Below, piece by piece: positions 10,596 through 20,700 of a stretch of DNA of 64,000 nt. A program made the translations under genes and the position numbers. Numbering within the stretch: position 1 is the stretch's first letter; the number at the start of each line of letters is the position of its first letter. The notes under the pieces were generated by a model. That model was not told the DNA's origin and did no database searches. It saw only the letters and a list, made by a program, of their open reading frames with translations. The DNA is from an uncultured Gemmatimonadaceae bacterium (GTDB taxonomy: Bacteria; Gemmatimonadota; Gemmatimonadetes; Gemmatimonadales; Gemmatimonadaceae): contig CAWHHI010000011.1 in NCBI GenBank assembly GCA_963829055.1, positions 512,001 through 576,000 of the forward strand. Direction: 5' to 3'.

Positions 10596-11676
10596 CGGTC
10601 GCCTCGAAACGCTGACGGCACTCCAGGCGATCCGCTCCGGCTGCGTCATCCCGGCGCACCCACTCGCGCTCACGGAGGATCGCAAGCTCGACGAGCGCCA
10701 TCAACGCGCGCTGACTCGGTACTATGTCGCCGCCGGCGCGGGCGGCATCGCCGTCGGCGTGCACACGACGCAGTTCGCCATCCGTGAGGCGAAGCACAGC
10801 CTGCTCCGTCCGGTCCTCGAGCTCGCGGCGACGACTGCGCGAGGCGCATTGCCCAGGCTTGGCGGCTCGCTCGACGCTCCGCGCCTCGCTCCATTCGCGC
10901 TCGTCGCCGGCGTCTGTGGTCCCACTCGTCAGGCGGTCGCCGAGGCAGAGCTCGCGAATTCGTTAGGCTACCACGCCGGTCTCCTCAGCCTCGCCGCCAT
11001 GCGCGGCTCGGAGCCCGCGGCGATCATCGCTCACTGCCGAGCGATCGCCGACGTCATGCCGCTCGTCGGCTTCTACCTGCAACCGGCGGTCGGCGGCATC
11101 CCGCTGGGCTACGCGTTCTGGCGAGAGTTCGCCGAGATCCCGAACGTCGTCGCCGTGAAGGTCGCGCCGTTCGACCGCTATCGAACGATCGATGTCGTCC
11201 GAGCCGTGAGCGACGCCGGCCGGACCGATATCGCGCTCTACACCGGCAACGACGACAACATCGTCGGGGATCTCGTAACGCCGTTCCCATTCGGCCAGGA
11301 CGGAGCGCCTCGTCGCTTCGTCGGCGGCTTGTTCGGCCAGTGGGCGGTGTGGACGCGTCGCGCCGTCGAGTTGCTCGATCAGGCGCGCGCAGCGAGCGAG
11401 ACCGATCACGTCCCGGCAGACTTGCTTCGCGTGGGCGCGGCACTCACCGACGCGAATGCCGCGGTGTTCGACGTGCGACACGCGTTCGCGGGCTGCATCG
11501 CGGGCATCCACGAGGTGCTGCGCCGGCAGGGACTCATGCGGGGCATCTGGTGCCTCGATCCGGCGGAAGGTCTCTCGCCGGGCCAGTCGGCGGAGATCGA
11601 CCGCGTGACGCGGTCTTACCCCGACCTCACCGACGACGAGTTCGTCGCCGCGCACCTGGACAGCTGGCTCGCCTAA
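10582..11676 (+). CDS. Dihydrodipicolinate synthase/aldolase family protein
   Basis: VIPAHPLAL, GIAVGVHTTQF, FYLQPAVGG, Schiff-base Lys in VAVKVAPF; overlaps the epimerase stop. Confidence 0.88.
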   Translation: MVATNGRLETLTALQAIRSGCVIPAHPLALTEDRKLDERHQRALTRYYVAAGAGGIAVGVHTTQFAIREAKHSLLRPVLELAATTARGALPRLGGSLDAPRLAPFALVAGVCGPTRQAVAEAELANSLGYHAGLLSLAAMRGSEPAAIIAHCRAIADVMPLVGFYLQPAVGGIPLGYAFWREFAEIPNVVAVKVAPFDRYRTIDVVRAVSDAGRTDIALYTGNDDNIVGDLVTPFPFGQDGAPRRFVGGLFGQWAVWTRRAVELLDQARAASETDHVPADLLRVGAALTDANAAVFDVRHAFAGCIAGIHEVLRRQGLMRGIWCLDPAEGLSPGQSAEIDRVTRSYPDLTDDEFVAAHLDSWLA

Positions 11677-11684
11677 CGCGTTGT

Positions 11685-11807
11685 GTCATTCCGAGCGGAG
11701 CGACGAAGGGCGGAGTCGAGGAATCGCGATCGTCCGCGCCCAGAGGGCCCTCTACCCGGACGATCGCGATTCCTCGACTCGCGCCTCGGCGCTCCGCTCG
11801 GAATGAC
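11685..11807. repeat. REP-like palindromic element (GTCATTCCGAGCG variant) between convergent genes
   Basis: GTCATTCCGAGCGGAGC...GAGTCGAGGAATCGCGATCGTCC / GGACGATCGCGATTCCTCGACTC...GCTCCGCTCGGAATGAC. Confidence 0.88.
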
Positions 11808-11821
11808 CGGGGCTTTGCGTC

Positions 11822-12316
11822 TTACCGGCTGACGAGCTGCGCGTGCCACGAGTCGCGCATCGGCCGCTCGAACTCCTGCCGCCACGCCGACGCCGACGTG
11901 ATCGCCGTATCGAACACCGGCGTATCCGGCCCGATGCGTCCGTCGGCCACGAGCTGATTGAACGCATTCCGCGTCGTCACGTTGACGCGCCCGTCCGCAT
12001 CACGATAGTACACGCGGCCGCCACCGAGCATCGTCGTTCCGAGCACCGGCTCGAGCCGCGCGAGCGTGCGGAACAATCCGTCGATCGAGCACCCCGACGC
12101 GCCAGCCGTCGACTGATCGACACCGATCGCGAGGAAGCGGTCGTCGCGCCACTCACGTGCGCACGCGAGCGGAGCGCCGTGGGCGTTCCACTGCGCGAGA
12201 AAATCATCGACGGCGCTCAGAAGCTGCTCCGTTGCCGCCGGAGACGGTTCGGCCGCCGCGCCGAACACCCAGACGCGTGCGTCGTCGGGAAGCGAATCGA
12301 AAGACACTCGAGGCAT
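11822..12316 (-). CDS. Conserved hypothetical protein (ASGCSID motif family)
   Basis: LPDDARVWVF...WNAHGAPL...GASGCSIDGL...SWH pattern matches a conserved family of unknown function that I recognise. Confidence 0.75.
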   Translation of the reverse strand: MPRVSFDSLPDDARVWVFGAAAEPSPAATEQLLSAVDDFLAQWNAHGAPLACAREWRDDRFLAIGVDQSTAGASGCSIDGLFRTLARLEPVLGTTMLGGGRVYYRDADGRVNVTTRNAFNQLVADGRIGPDTPVFDTAITSASAWRQEFERPMRDSWHAQLVSR

Positions 12317-12497
12317 GAGTCGGTCGCTGTGTGTCGCTGGTGTCGCTGTGCGAAGAGCCACGAATCGTGACCATATCAGATGCTTGCCGAAAGCTAACGC
12401 CCGCTGCCGCTGTCCAATCCCATCGCGGGTGACGACAGCGCGGCGGATCGCGTACCATTCCGAACGACGCCGCGCTCCCCACCACACACCCTGAATC

Positions 12498-13764
12498 GTG
12501 GCCGCACTCCATACCGCCGTCGCTGCGCCTGTTCGGCAGCGCTCCACTCGAGGCGACCGGGACGTCCGTCGAGCAATTCCTGCTTCTTCTCGCGGTCATC
12601 CTCGTTGCCGCGAAAGTGCTCGGTGAGCTCGCGGAGCGCATCGGTCAGCCGGCCGTCGTTGGAGAGCTCCTCGCCGGTGTGATTCTCGGCCCGTCTATCC
12701 TGGGCTTCGTCGACCCCACGCTCCCGTCGCTCCACCTGCTCGCTGAGATCGGCGTCGTGCTGCTGCTCTTCGGCATCGGCCTCGAGACAGATCTGAAGCG
12801 ACTCATGAGCGTCGGCGGCGCTGCATTCACCGTCGCGGTCGTCGGCGTGGTCCTGCCATTCGCGGCGGGATTCGGTGTCGCGCGCGGGCTCGGCCTCGAA
12901 CTACTTCCTGCCATCGTCGCCGGCGCGGCGCTCACGGCGACGTCGGTCGGTATCACCGCGCGCGTGCTCTCCGACCTCGGTCAGCTCAAGAGCGTCGAAG
13001 GCCAGATCGTACTCGGCGCCGCCGTCATCGATGACGTTATCGGCCTCGTGATCCTGGCCGTCGTCAGCGACCTCGTCGCAGGGAACGCACCGAGCGTGCT
13101 CGGAGTGCTGCGCACCACGGGCATCGCGTTCGGCTTTCTCGCGGCGGCGCTGCTGCTCGGCCGCGTCATCGTGCCCCCGCTGTTCTCACTCGTAGCACGC
13201 ACGGGGAAGGAACACACACTCGCGTCGATGGCCCTCGCACTCGCGTTTCTGCTCGCGGTGGCAGCCTCCGAAATCGGCTCGGCGCTCATCGTCGGCGCGT
13301 TCGCGGCGGGGCTCGTGCTCGCGCCAACAGAGCATGTGCACGTCATCGAGCGCGGCATCATCCGGCTCGCGAACGTGTTCGTGCCCATCTTCTTCGTCGC
13401 TGTCGGCGCGGCGGTCGACGTGCGCACGTTCGGGTCGCGCGACGTCCTCATTGTCGGGTTCGCACTCACGGCCGTGGCGATCGTTGGAAAGTTCGCGGCC
13501 GGATTCGCGCCCGTATGGATCAAGGCGAACAAGACGCTCATCGGCGTCGGCATGATCCCACGCGGTGAGGTCGGCCTGATCTTCGCGCAGACCGGGTTGA
13601 CTGCCGGCGTGATCGACGCGGGCGAGTACAGCGCGCTCATGCTCATGGTGCTCGTGACCACGTTCATCGCGCCCCCACTGCTCCGCCAGCTCATCTCGAA
13701 GATGGCCGGCGCGACGCGTGATACCGACATTGGCGCGGTCGGCGAGATGACCACGGAAGCCTGA
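12498..13764 (+). CDS. CPA2 (Kef/NapA-like) cation:proton antiporter; start uncertain (GTG 12498 needs a frameshift; ORF track starts at 12616)
   Basis: GQPAVVGELLAGVILGP, LLFGIGLETD, ATSVGITARVL, AAVIDDVIGL, GMIPRGEVGLIFA. A hydrophobic helix continues in frame upstream of 12616. Confidence 0.9.
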
Positions 13765-13799
13765 CCTGGTCCGCTGGTATCCACCTAGTATTCACCGCC

Positions 13800-15599
13800 A
13801 TGATCGCAGAGTCCTTCACCGCGACCATCGCACTCATCGGTATCGTCATTCTCGTCGCGTCGCTGCTGTCGGGCGCCGTCGAGCGGACTGGCATGCCGCA
13901 GGTCGCGATCTTTCTCCTCCTCGGCGCCGTACTCGGCCCGATCGGGCTGAACCTCTTCGACCTCGCCCTGGATTCGCCCGCGCTCCACGCGATCGCGACG
14001 CTCGCGCTCGTGCTGGTGCTGTTCAGTGACGCGATCTCCATCGACCTGCGAGAAGTCAAACGCAATTCCCGCCTCGCGCTGCTCGTGCTCGGACCGGGGT
14101 CGCTCATTCCAGCAGTGCTCATCGCCGTCGCGTCCCGGTACCTGCTCGGCCTCCACTGGGCGGCATCCGCGATCGTCGGCGCCGCACTCGCGTCAACCGA
14201 TCCCGTCCTGCTTCGCGGGCTGCTGCGCCGGCAGGACGTGCCTGCGCAGGCACGGCTCGCGCTGCGGCTCGAGAGCGGGATGAACGACGTGGTGCTGCTG
14301 CCCATCGTCGTGTTGAGCATGCTGTTCCTTCCTGGCCTGCCTGCTGGCGTGCATCCAAGCGCAGCCCGGCTCGCACTCGGGCTCCTCATCCTCGGACCGG
14401 GCGCAGGCGTGTTGGCCGGGCTGGTGGGCATCACGCTGCTGGATCGTATTCGCAAGAGCGTCGGCGTCCGACGAGACTACGAATCGCTGTACGCACTCGG
14501 CGTCGCGTTCACGGCGTTCGCCGCCGCCGAGGCGGCAGGTGGCAGCGGATTTCTCGCGGCGTTCGCGGCAGGAATCACCGTTGCTGCTCTCGACGTGGAG
14601 CTGTGTGACTGCTTCCTGGATTACGGCGAAGCAACGGCGGAAATGTTCCTGCTGCTCACGTTCGTGGCGTTCGGCGCGTCGCTGATCTGGCAGGGGCTCA
14701 GCATCGTGAGCTTGCGGAGCCTGACGTTCGCGTTCTTCGCGCTCATCATCCGCACCCTCGTGCTGTTCCCGGTGCTGAAGCGCGCCGGCCTGGATCGGCG
14801 GAGTCTGCGCATTGTGGCGTGGGTCGGCCCGCGTGGACTCAGCACGCTGTTGCTGGTCCTGCTCCCGGTGTTCGCCGGCATCCCAGATAGCGCACAATTG
14901 TTCACGATCTGCTGCCTCGTCGTGCTCCTGTCCGTGCTTCTGCACGGCAGCGCGATCGGCCTGATCGTGCGTCGGCCTCAGCCCGCGCCGGGCGCGGCCA
15001 TCAATCCTGCTTCCGCGTTAGGTGCATTGGCGCCGGGCGCGCCGCCACTGGCAGCGAAAGCCCCGACGCCAGCGCTCGAGGTTATCCCGCCACTCGCGAC
15101 AGAGGCGGCGCTCGCGGCAAAGCCGGCAACCGAGACACGGGATGCGGTCGCGGCGAAACCAGCGCTCGACGGAACACCGCAGGACACCGCCGCTGAGCAG
15201 GCCGAGCCGCCGATCCCCGAGAAGATCACCATCGACGAGATGCAGGCGATGCAGAGCGCCGGCGAGACGCCACTGGTGCTCGACGTTCGGACGCAACGCA
15301 CCTACGAAGCCGATCCGTTCATTGCGCGTGGCGCGGTGCGCTTACCGCCCTTGGATGCGGTGCGCCTCGCGACGGCGCACCGCATCCCGTGGAAGGCGAC
15401 GCTCGTCGCCTACTGTGCCTGAAAGAACGAAGAGACAAGCACCCGTGTGGTGCGAGAGCTGAGACGAGCCGGTTGGAAGCGAGCCCGCGCCCTCAAGGGC
15501 GGGTGGGCCGAGTGGCGTGCGCGCAACCTGCCGGTCGACCCGGCGGAGCCTAACGAGTTGGAGCCTCAGTCGCCCTCGGCGCGACCGAACATCAGGTGA
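13800..15599 (+). CDS. CPA1/NhaP-type cation:proton antiporter fused to a rhodanese-like domain, with probable selenocysteine at UGA 15420-15422
   Basis: LASTDPV, RLESGMNDVV, WVGPRGLST antiporter motifs. Rhodanese VLDVRT...LVAYCA-[TGA]-KNEETSTRVVRELRRAGWKRARALKGGWAEW continues in frame to TGA 15597-15599. Confidence 0.85.
15439..15453 (+). promoter_or_regulatory. Candidate bacterial SECIS hairpin
   Basis: GCACC-CGTGT-GGTGC stem-loop; loop starts 21 nt after the UGA and has G at loop position 2. Confidence 0.55.
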
Positions 15600-17049
15600 A
15601 TCAATGGTCGGTCCTCCGTGCGGGCGAACACGTACACGTGGTCGCCCGCCGTGATCGTCGTGTCTCCCTTCGGCGGCACGACGTCCTGCCCGCGGACGAT
15701 CAATGCCACCGACGCACCGTCGGGAAACGGGAGATCGGCCAGGGACACGCCGGCGACGGCAAGCGCCTCGTCGACGTAGAACGACATCAGCTCGCCGTTG
15801 AGCGGCTGCATGGACTCGATCTCCAGCACCGCCGGCGGAGCAGGCGCTTCATTCGTGCCGAGGCCGAGTCGTCGCGTTACCCAGCCGACGGTCGTTCCCG
15901 GTACCAGCGCGTTGATGACGACGATGAAGAACACGACGTCGAAGATGCGCAGCGAGCCCGGCGCACCCGCCAGCACGGGGATCGTCGCGAGAATGATCGG
16001 CACGGCCCCGCGAAGTCCGACCCATCCGATGTACGCGACTTCCCGCGCGCGATACCCGAATGGGAGGAGACACAGCCAGACGACGAGAGGCCGCGCGACT
16101 ACGGCAAGAAACAGCGCGAGCGCGAGCCCAATGCCGGCGACGTCGAACAGCCGTGACGGAAACACCAGCAATCCGAGCACGAGGAACATCACCACTTGCC
16201 CGAGCCACGCGAGCGCGTGGTGTACGCGGAGCAACCCGGCGCGGTACGGCAGCGGGCCGTTGCCGAGAATCAGCCCCGTGACGTACACCGAGAGGAAGCC
16301 GCTGCCGTGCAGGATCGTCGGCACGCCGAACGCGAGGAATGCGATCGCCGAGCGTGAGCGCCGGATAGAGTCCTCCGCCCGGCAACTTGACGCGCCGCAA
16401 CAACGCACGACCGCCGTATCCGAACGCCACGCCAAGCGCGCCGCCGACGACCATCTCGACGACGAACTCGAGCGGCAGATTCCAGTACGATGCGTGACCG
16501 CCGCTCGCGAGTTGCGCGGTCAACGCGGTCGTCAGCATCACGGCGACGGGATCGTTGATGCCTGATTCGACCTCGAGCGTGACGCCGACGCGCCGCTTGA
16601 GGTGAAGGCCGCTTCCACGCAGAACGGAGAACACCGCGGCGGCGTCTGTGGACGACACGACCGCGCCAAGAACGAGCGCCTCCGTCCACGAGAAGCCGAG
16701 CACGTGGCCCGCCGAGCGCAATGAGCGCGGTGGTGCCTAACACACCGACCGTGGCCAGCACTCCCGCCGGCTTTGCCGTCTCGCGCACGGCATCCATCGG
16801 CGTGTGCAGACCGCCGTCGAACAGGATGAGCACGAGCGCGACGGTGCCGAGCCGGAACGCGACCGCGTAATTCTCGAACGCGATGCCGCCGATGCCCTCG
16901 GAGCCGGCGAGCACGCCGATGAGCAGGAATGCCAGGGCTACCGGGACCGCGAAGCGTTCCGCGGCCCGGCTGAAGATGATGCTCAGCGCCAGCAGGACGC
17001 CGAACGTCGTGAGGAGGAGCGCGGTCGCCAGCGGCTCGGTGCCAGTCAC
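15566..17049 (-). CDS. cvrA: K+/H+ antiporter CvrA/NhaP2 with C-terminal TrkA-C (RCK_C) domain, frameshifts near 16715 and 16350
   Basis: GSEGIGGIAFEN, LILFDGGL, SSTDAAAVFSVLR, LEVESGINDP, WVGLRGAVPIILA, ALIVRG...GDHVYVF. Confidence 0.88.
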
Positions 17050-17097
17050 GCGCTACTCCTCACGATGGAGGGGTGAAGGAAAATTGCGGTCGTCAGG

Positions 17098-17340
17098 CTA
17101 CTCCGAATCGGAGTGCACGAGACGCCGCAGGCTCTCGCTGGCTGGCGATTGCCGCGACTGACGAAGCATGAGAACGAACCCGGCTGCGAAGATCACTCCC
17201 GATGCCACGAGCAACGGGATACGCAGCGCTTGCGGCACGAACAGCGCCGTCAGGACAGGGATGAAGGAACACGCCATGACGATCAGCCACCGCTCGGTCT
17301 TTGGCGACGCGGTGGGACCACGGTTGATATTCTCGGACAT
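17098..17340 (-). CDS. Small two-TM hypothetical membrane protein
   Basis: 80 aa, two hydrophobic segments, GGAG upstream of ATG. Confidence 0.65.
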   Translation of the reverse strand: MSENINRGPTASPKTERWLIVMACSFIPVLTALFVPQALRIPLLVASGVIFAAGFVLMLRQSRQSPASESLRRLVHSDSE

Positions 17341-17442
17341 ATACGGCTCCGCCCGCCGCGTGACACTCTGTCACGCAGCGGCTTTGTGGTTGTCAGTTGT
17401 TGTTGGGAGACGCGGTGGCGTGCGGCCGTGGACTCAGGCGCG

Positions 17443-17882
17443 CTACGCTATGTCCGAACGAGGCGGAGCAGTGGCGTCGTACGGTTTGCCATCGCCACAG
17501 CCGGCGCATGGGGAGCGGCGCGGTATCGGCGCGACCGACGCGCTCGGCAACGGCGACAGCTACTCGTCCACGCGAGCGATTCCAGCGGCGGACGGATTCG
17601 CGCCTCCGACATGCGCGACGGTTGGACTCCGCAGCGGCAGCACACCGCGCGCTCGTGATCCGAGCGACGGCGCCGCCGGATCGTAGACGCGCCGATGTCG
17701 GCATCACCGACGTGGTGCGCACGAAGCCCGACAATGAGCGGCGCCCTCGTCTGCTCGACGCCCGAGACACCACATGGTCGCGACCCGAAGGCCGCGACCA
17801 CGAGGATGCACAGGCGAAACAGCAGCGAAGAGAACAGGCGCGGGCTCCGGACAAAGGCGTGCCGAAAACTAATCGGCGACAC
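17443..17882 (-). CDS. Possible exported leader-type protein ending ...KPYDATAPPRSDIA (needs frameshift correction)
   Basis: Signal-like N-terminus in frame 17882; C-terminal PYDATAPP motif in another frame ending at TAG 17443-17445. Confidence 0.3.
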
Positions 17883-17916
17883 CCGCGCCTGCCTAACTAC
17901 ACAGTGAGCGACAATG

Positions 17917-18861
17917 CTACGGCTTCACCGCCGATGGCAGCTGAACCATCGGCATCGCGTTGCCCGTTACCTGCGGCATTTGCCCGTTCCAGCGCTTCGC
18001 CATCTCGTACTGCACCAGATTCGCCGTCACACTCGCTGACAGGAGCAGATTCGCCTTGGCCTGCGCTTCGGCCTCCGCGAGAATCGCCTTCGCGCGACCC
18101 GCCGCCTTGATCGAATCGCCCTGCGCCTGGAACTGGTTCTTCTGCAGTTCGTTCTGCGCCGTGAGCGCCTGCTGTTGCATCACGTTCTTCGTGTTGATCG
18201 CGTCGATGACGCCCTGCGGCGCGCGCAGCTCGTTGATCGTGAACTGCTTGACGACGATCCCGTAGGGTGCGAGCCGGTCCGAGATCCGCCCCTGCGTCTT
18301 GTTCACCACCTCGGCCTTCTTCGGCCCGATGACGTCCGCGATCGGCTCGGTGCCCACGACCTCCTGAAGCGCCTGACGAATCGACTGCTTCACATACCCG
18401 TGCTGGATGGTCGCGATGTCCGTGCGGAACGTCTGGTAGAGCGCCGGCACACGCGTCGGGTCGAGCTCGAACGACATGGACACGTCGAGCGAGATCGGCT
18501 GCCCTTCCACGCTGTTGACGTTGATCTCGTCGTTGCCCCGTGAGCCCTCATTGTTCCCGCGCGTCAGCACGAGCGTCTGCATGTACACCGGGTACTCCTC
18601 GATCTGACTGAGGATGCGGGTTCCGCGGATGCAGCCCGGGCCGAGTGGCGTGCGATCCACGCCGCCGCCGGCGCGATGGATCAGGATGCCGACATGTCCA
18701 GGATTGATGTACGTGACCGTCGAGGGCAGGAGCACGAGCAGCAGAATGAGCGCGGCCGCGGTGAACAACAGCCGACCAATCTTCGTTCCGAAGCTGGACC
18801 CACGATCGCCGCGCATGCCACCACGAATGGTACCGAGGCGATCGCCGATTGAGCTCTCCAC
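17917..18861 (-). CDS. SPFH/Band-7 (prohibitin-like) membrane protein
   Basis: TM anchor, INPGHVGI, IEEYP, coiled coil AEAEAQAKANLLL, RWNGQMPQV; GGAG RBS upstream. Confidence 0.9.
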   Translation of the reverse strand: MESSIGDRLGTIRGGMRGDRGSSFGTKIGRLLFTAAALILLLVLLPSTVTYINPGHVGILIHRAGGGVDRTPLGPGCIRGTRILSQIEEYPVYMQTLVLTRGNNEGSRGNDEINVNSVEGQPISLDVSMSFELDPTRVPALYQTFRTDIATIQHGYVKQSIRQALQEVVGTEPIADVIGPKKAEVVNKTQGRISDRLAPYGIVVKQFTINELRAPQGVIDAINTKNVMQQQALTAQNELQKNQFQAQGDSIKAAGRAKAILAEAEAQAKANLLLSASVTANLVQYEMAKRWNGQMPQVTGNAMPMVQLPSAVKP

Positions 18862-18968
18862 CGTTATCTCCTTGACCGGCCGGGGCCGACGTTAGGCCGC
18901 CGGCCGCATCATCCTGGGTGACGGTTCCAGACTTCCCGCGGACGCGGCGTCTGTCCCGTTAGGTGTAC

Positions 18969-18994
18969 TACGAACTTCTAACGCAACTGTTTCT
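18969..18994 (-). promoter_or_regulatory. ECF (SigW-like) promoter AGAAAC-N16-CGTA
   Basis: Spacing counted by hand; ~110 nt upstream of the SPFH gene; a matching element sits at 21478-21504. Confidence 0.6.
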
Positions 18995-19010
18995 TCCAAC
19001 CGATCCGCAA

Positions 19011-19271
19011 TCAGACGTGCCCATCGATCGCTTCACGGTAACACTCCGGGCACATCACCTCGCCCGATTCGAGCCGCACCATCTCCCGCTCCTCGTGCGC
19101 GCCATGCAGCGCGCACGTTAGGCTCACCGCGCGTTCGATCTGCTTGCGATTGCGCGATTGCTCGAGCACTCGTCCCGGCGCGGTGTAGTGACGCACGACG
19201 AAGACGACGAGCGTCACCGCCACCACGAGCAACGCCACGAACATCACGCCTTCGATGATGATCGCGTTCAT
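19011..19271 (-). CDS. Small membrane protein with C-terminal CxxH...CxxC putative Zn ribbon
   Basis: One TM helix then TCALHG...VMCPECY; ATGA overlap with the flotillin stop. Confidence 0.7.
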   Translation of the reverse strand: MNAIIIEGVMFVALLVVAVTLVVFVVRHYTAPGRVLEQSRNRKQIERAVSLTCALHGAHEEREMVRLESGEVMCPECYREAIDGHV

Positions 19272-20605
19272 CGCTTGGTCGAAGGGGACATCACCGGGGA
19301 GAGCGACGACACCGGCGAGCTCACCGGCGAATTGACCGGCGCTGTGCCATTGCCGTCGAGCAATCCTGCCTTACCCACGAGCTGCGCCGCGAGCACCGTC
19401 TGGATCACGCTCGTGATGCTGTTCGTCGTGGACTCGGCCGCGCTGTCGCCACCGTTCGAGATCGTGATGAGCTTCGCCTGCGCCAACGCGTCCGCGATCG
19501 CGGGGCCGAGCTGCGGCAGGAGCTCGATCTGCTTGTACCGGAAGTAGCTCTCGCCACCGGCGGCAATCGCCTCGTTCACCTTGTGGATCGCCTCGGCCGT
19601 CGCGTCCGCGACCGTGCGAATCCGGATCGCCTCGGCGTCCGCCGACGCGACCGCTTCAATGCGCACGCGTTCTGCATCGGCTTTCGCCTGCGCGATCTGC
19701 GTCGCATCGAGCTCCGATGTACGCTGCAACGCGAGCGCATCCTGCTTCTTGGCTTCCGCCTGCGCGATGAGCGCGGCGTTCGACGCACGCGTCTGCTCGA
19801 GCTCACGCTGCTTGTCGGAGATGGCGCGCTCGGCATCGAGCTGCGCTTCCTTCGCGCGGCGCATCTGCTGCGCCGTCGCGATCTCGGCGTTCGCCTGCGC
19901 TTCGACGGCGCTCTGACGACGACGCGCTTCCGCGACTTCGCTCTGAACGACCTTGATGTTCAGCGAGTTGAAGACGAGCCCGAGATCCGTGAGCTCGCGC
20001 GAGCACGCCTTGCGGATGATCACCGCGAGCGGATCGTCTTCGTCCTCCATGCGTCGCTGTGAGCCGTCAGCGTCGTGGCGTTCCGTGCGCACGACAGCGA
20101 CTGACGCTGCCGCTTCGAGCAGCGCGCGCGGTGTCGGCGCCGTGCGCGCCGAGTACAGCTGATCGTGCGTGAGCAGGTTGATCGCTCGACGGCCGGAGCT
20201 CGACAACAGATCGGTCAGCGTGTTCAGCTGGTCTGCGTCGCTCTTACTGAAGAAGCGGTTCGCCGCCGTCTTGATCATCGTGTCGCTGTCGCCGACGGAC
20301 ACGATGGCGCTCGCGAGCACGCGCACCTTGATCGGACGCGGGACATCGCTGTCATCGATGTCTGCTGTCTGATCAGTGATGTCGAGATCGACGTTGATGA
20401 CTTTGCTCGAGATCGTCGTTCCCGTCGTGAGCAACGGAATTTCCTTGGACTTCCCGGGACCGCGATAGATCACGGATCCGCCGTGAAGCCAGCTCACGAT
20501 GCGAATGGTGCCTGCTTCGACGTTGCGCAGGAACGACGCAACGATGCCAGGGATGACTATGAAGACTCCAACGAGGATCGCGCCTATCAGGTAGATGTTC
20601 ATCAT
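19268..20605 (-). CDS. Flotillin-like SPFH protein
   Basis: N-terminal TM, SPFH-like core (AANRFFSK, LGLVFNSLNIK), long Ala/Glu coiled coil (AEAKK, ADAEAIRI); downstream of NfeD. Confidence 0.8.
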   Translation of the reverse strand: MMNIYLIGAILVGVFIVIPGIVASFLRNVEAGTIRIVSWLHGGSVIYRGPGKSKEIPLLTTGTTISSKVINVDLDITDQTADIDDSDVPRPIKVRVLASAIVSVGDSDTMIKTAANRFFSKSDADQLNTLTDLLSSSGRRAINLLTHDQLYSARTAPTPRALLEAAASVAVVRTERHDADGSQRRMEDEDDPLAVIIRKACSRELTDLGLVFNSLNIKVVQSEVAEARRRQSAVEAQANAEIATAQQMRRAKEAQLDAERAISDKQRELEQTRASNAALIAQAEAKKQDALALQRTSELDATQIAQAKADAERVRIEAVASADAEAIRIRTVADATAEAIHKVNEAIAAGGESYFRYKQIELLPQLGPAIADALAQAKLITISNGGDSAAESTTNSITSVIQTVLAAQLVGKAGLLDGNGTAPVNSPVSSPVSSLSPVMSPSTKR

Positions 20606-20700
20606 AAAAGTTTGGTTCCCTTGGCTTAGTAGTCGCTCGGCGCCGCGTCGTTGCGCTTGGAGCGAGACGGTGACCCTAGGTCTCCGACGCGCTCGGCGTG

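Noticed and set aside
15420..15422. TGA as a true stop or nonsense mutation truncating the antiporter
   Set aside because: It falls on a Cys-equivalent active-site position and the downstream frame retains rhodanese motifs; Sec read-through is preferred though unproven.
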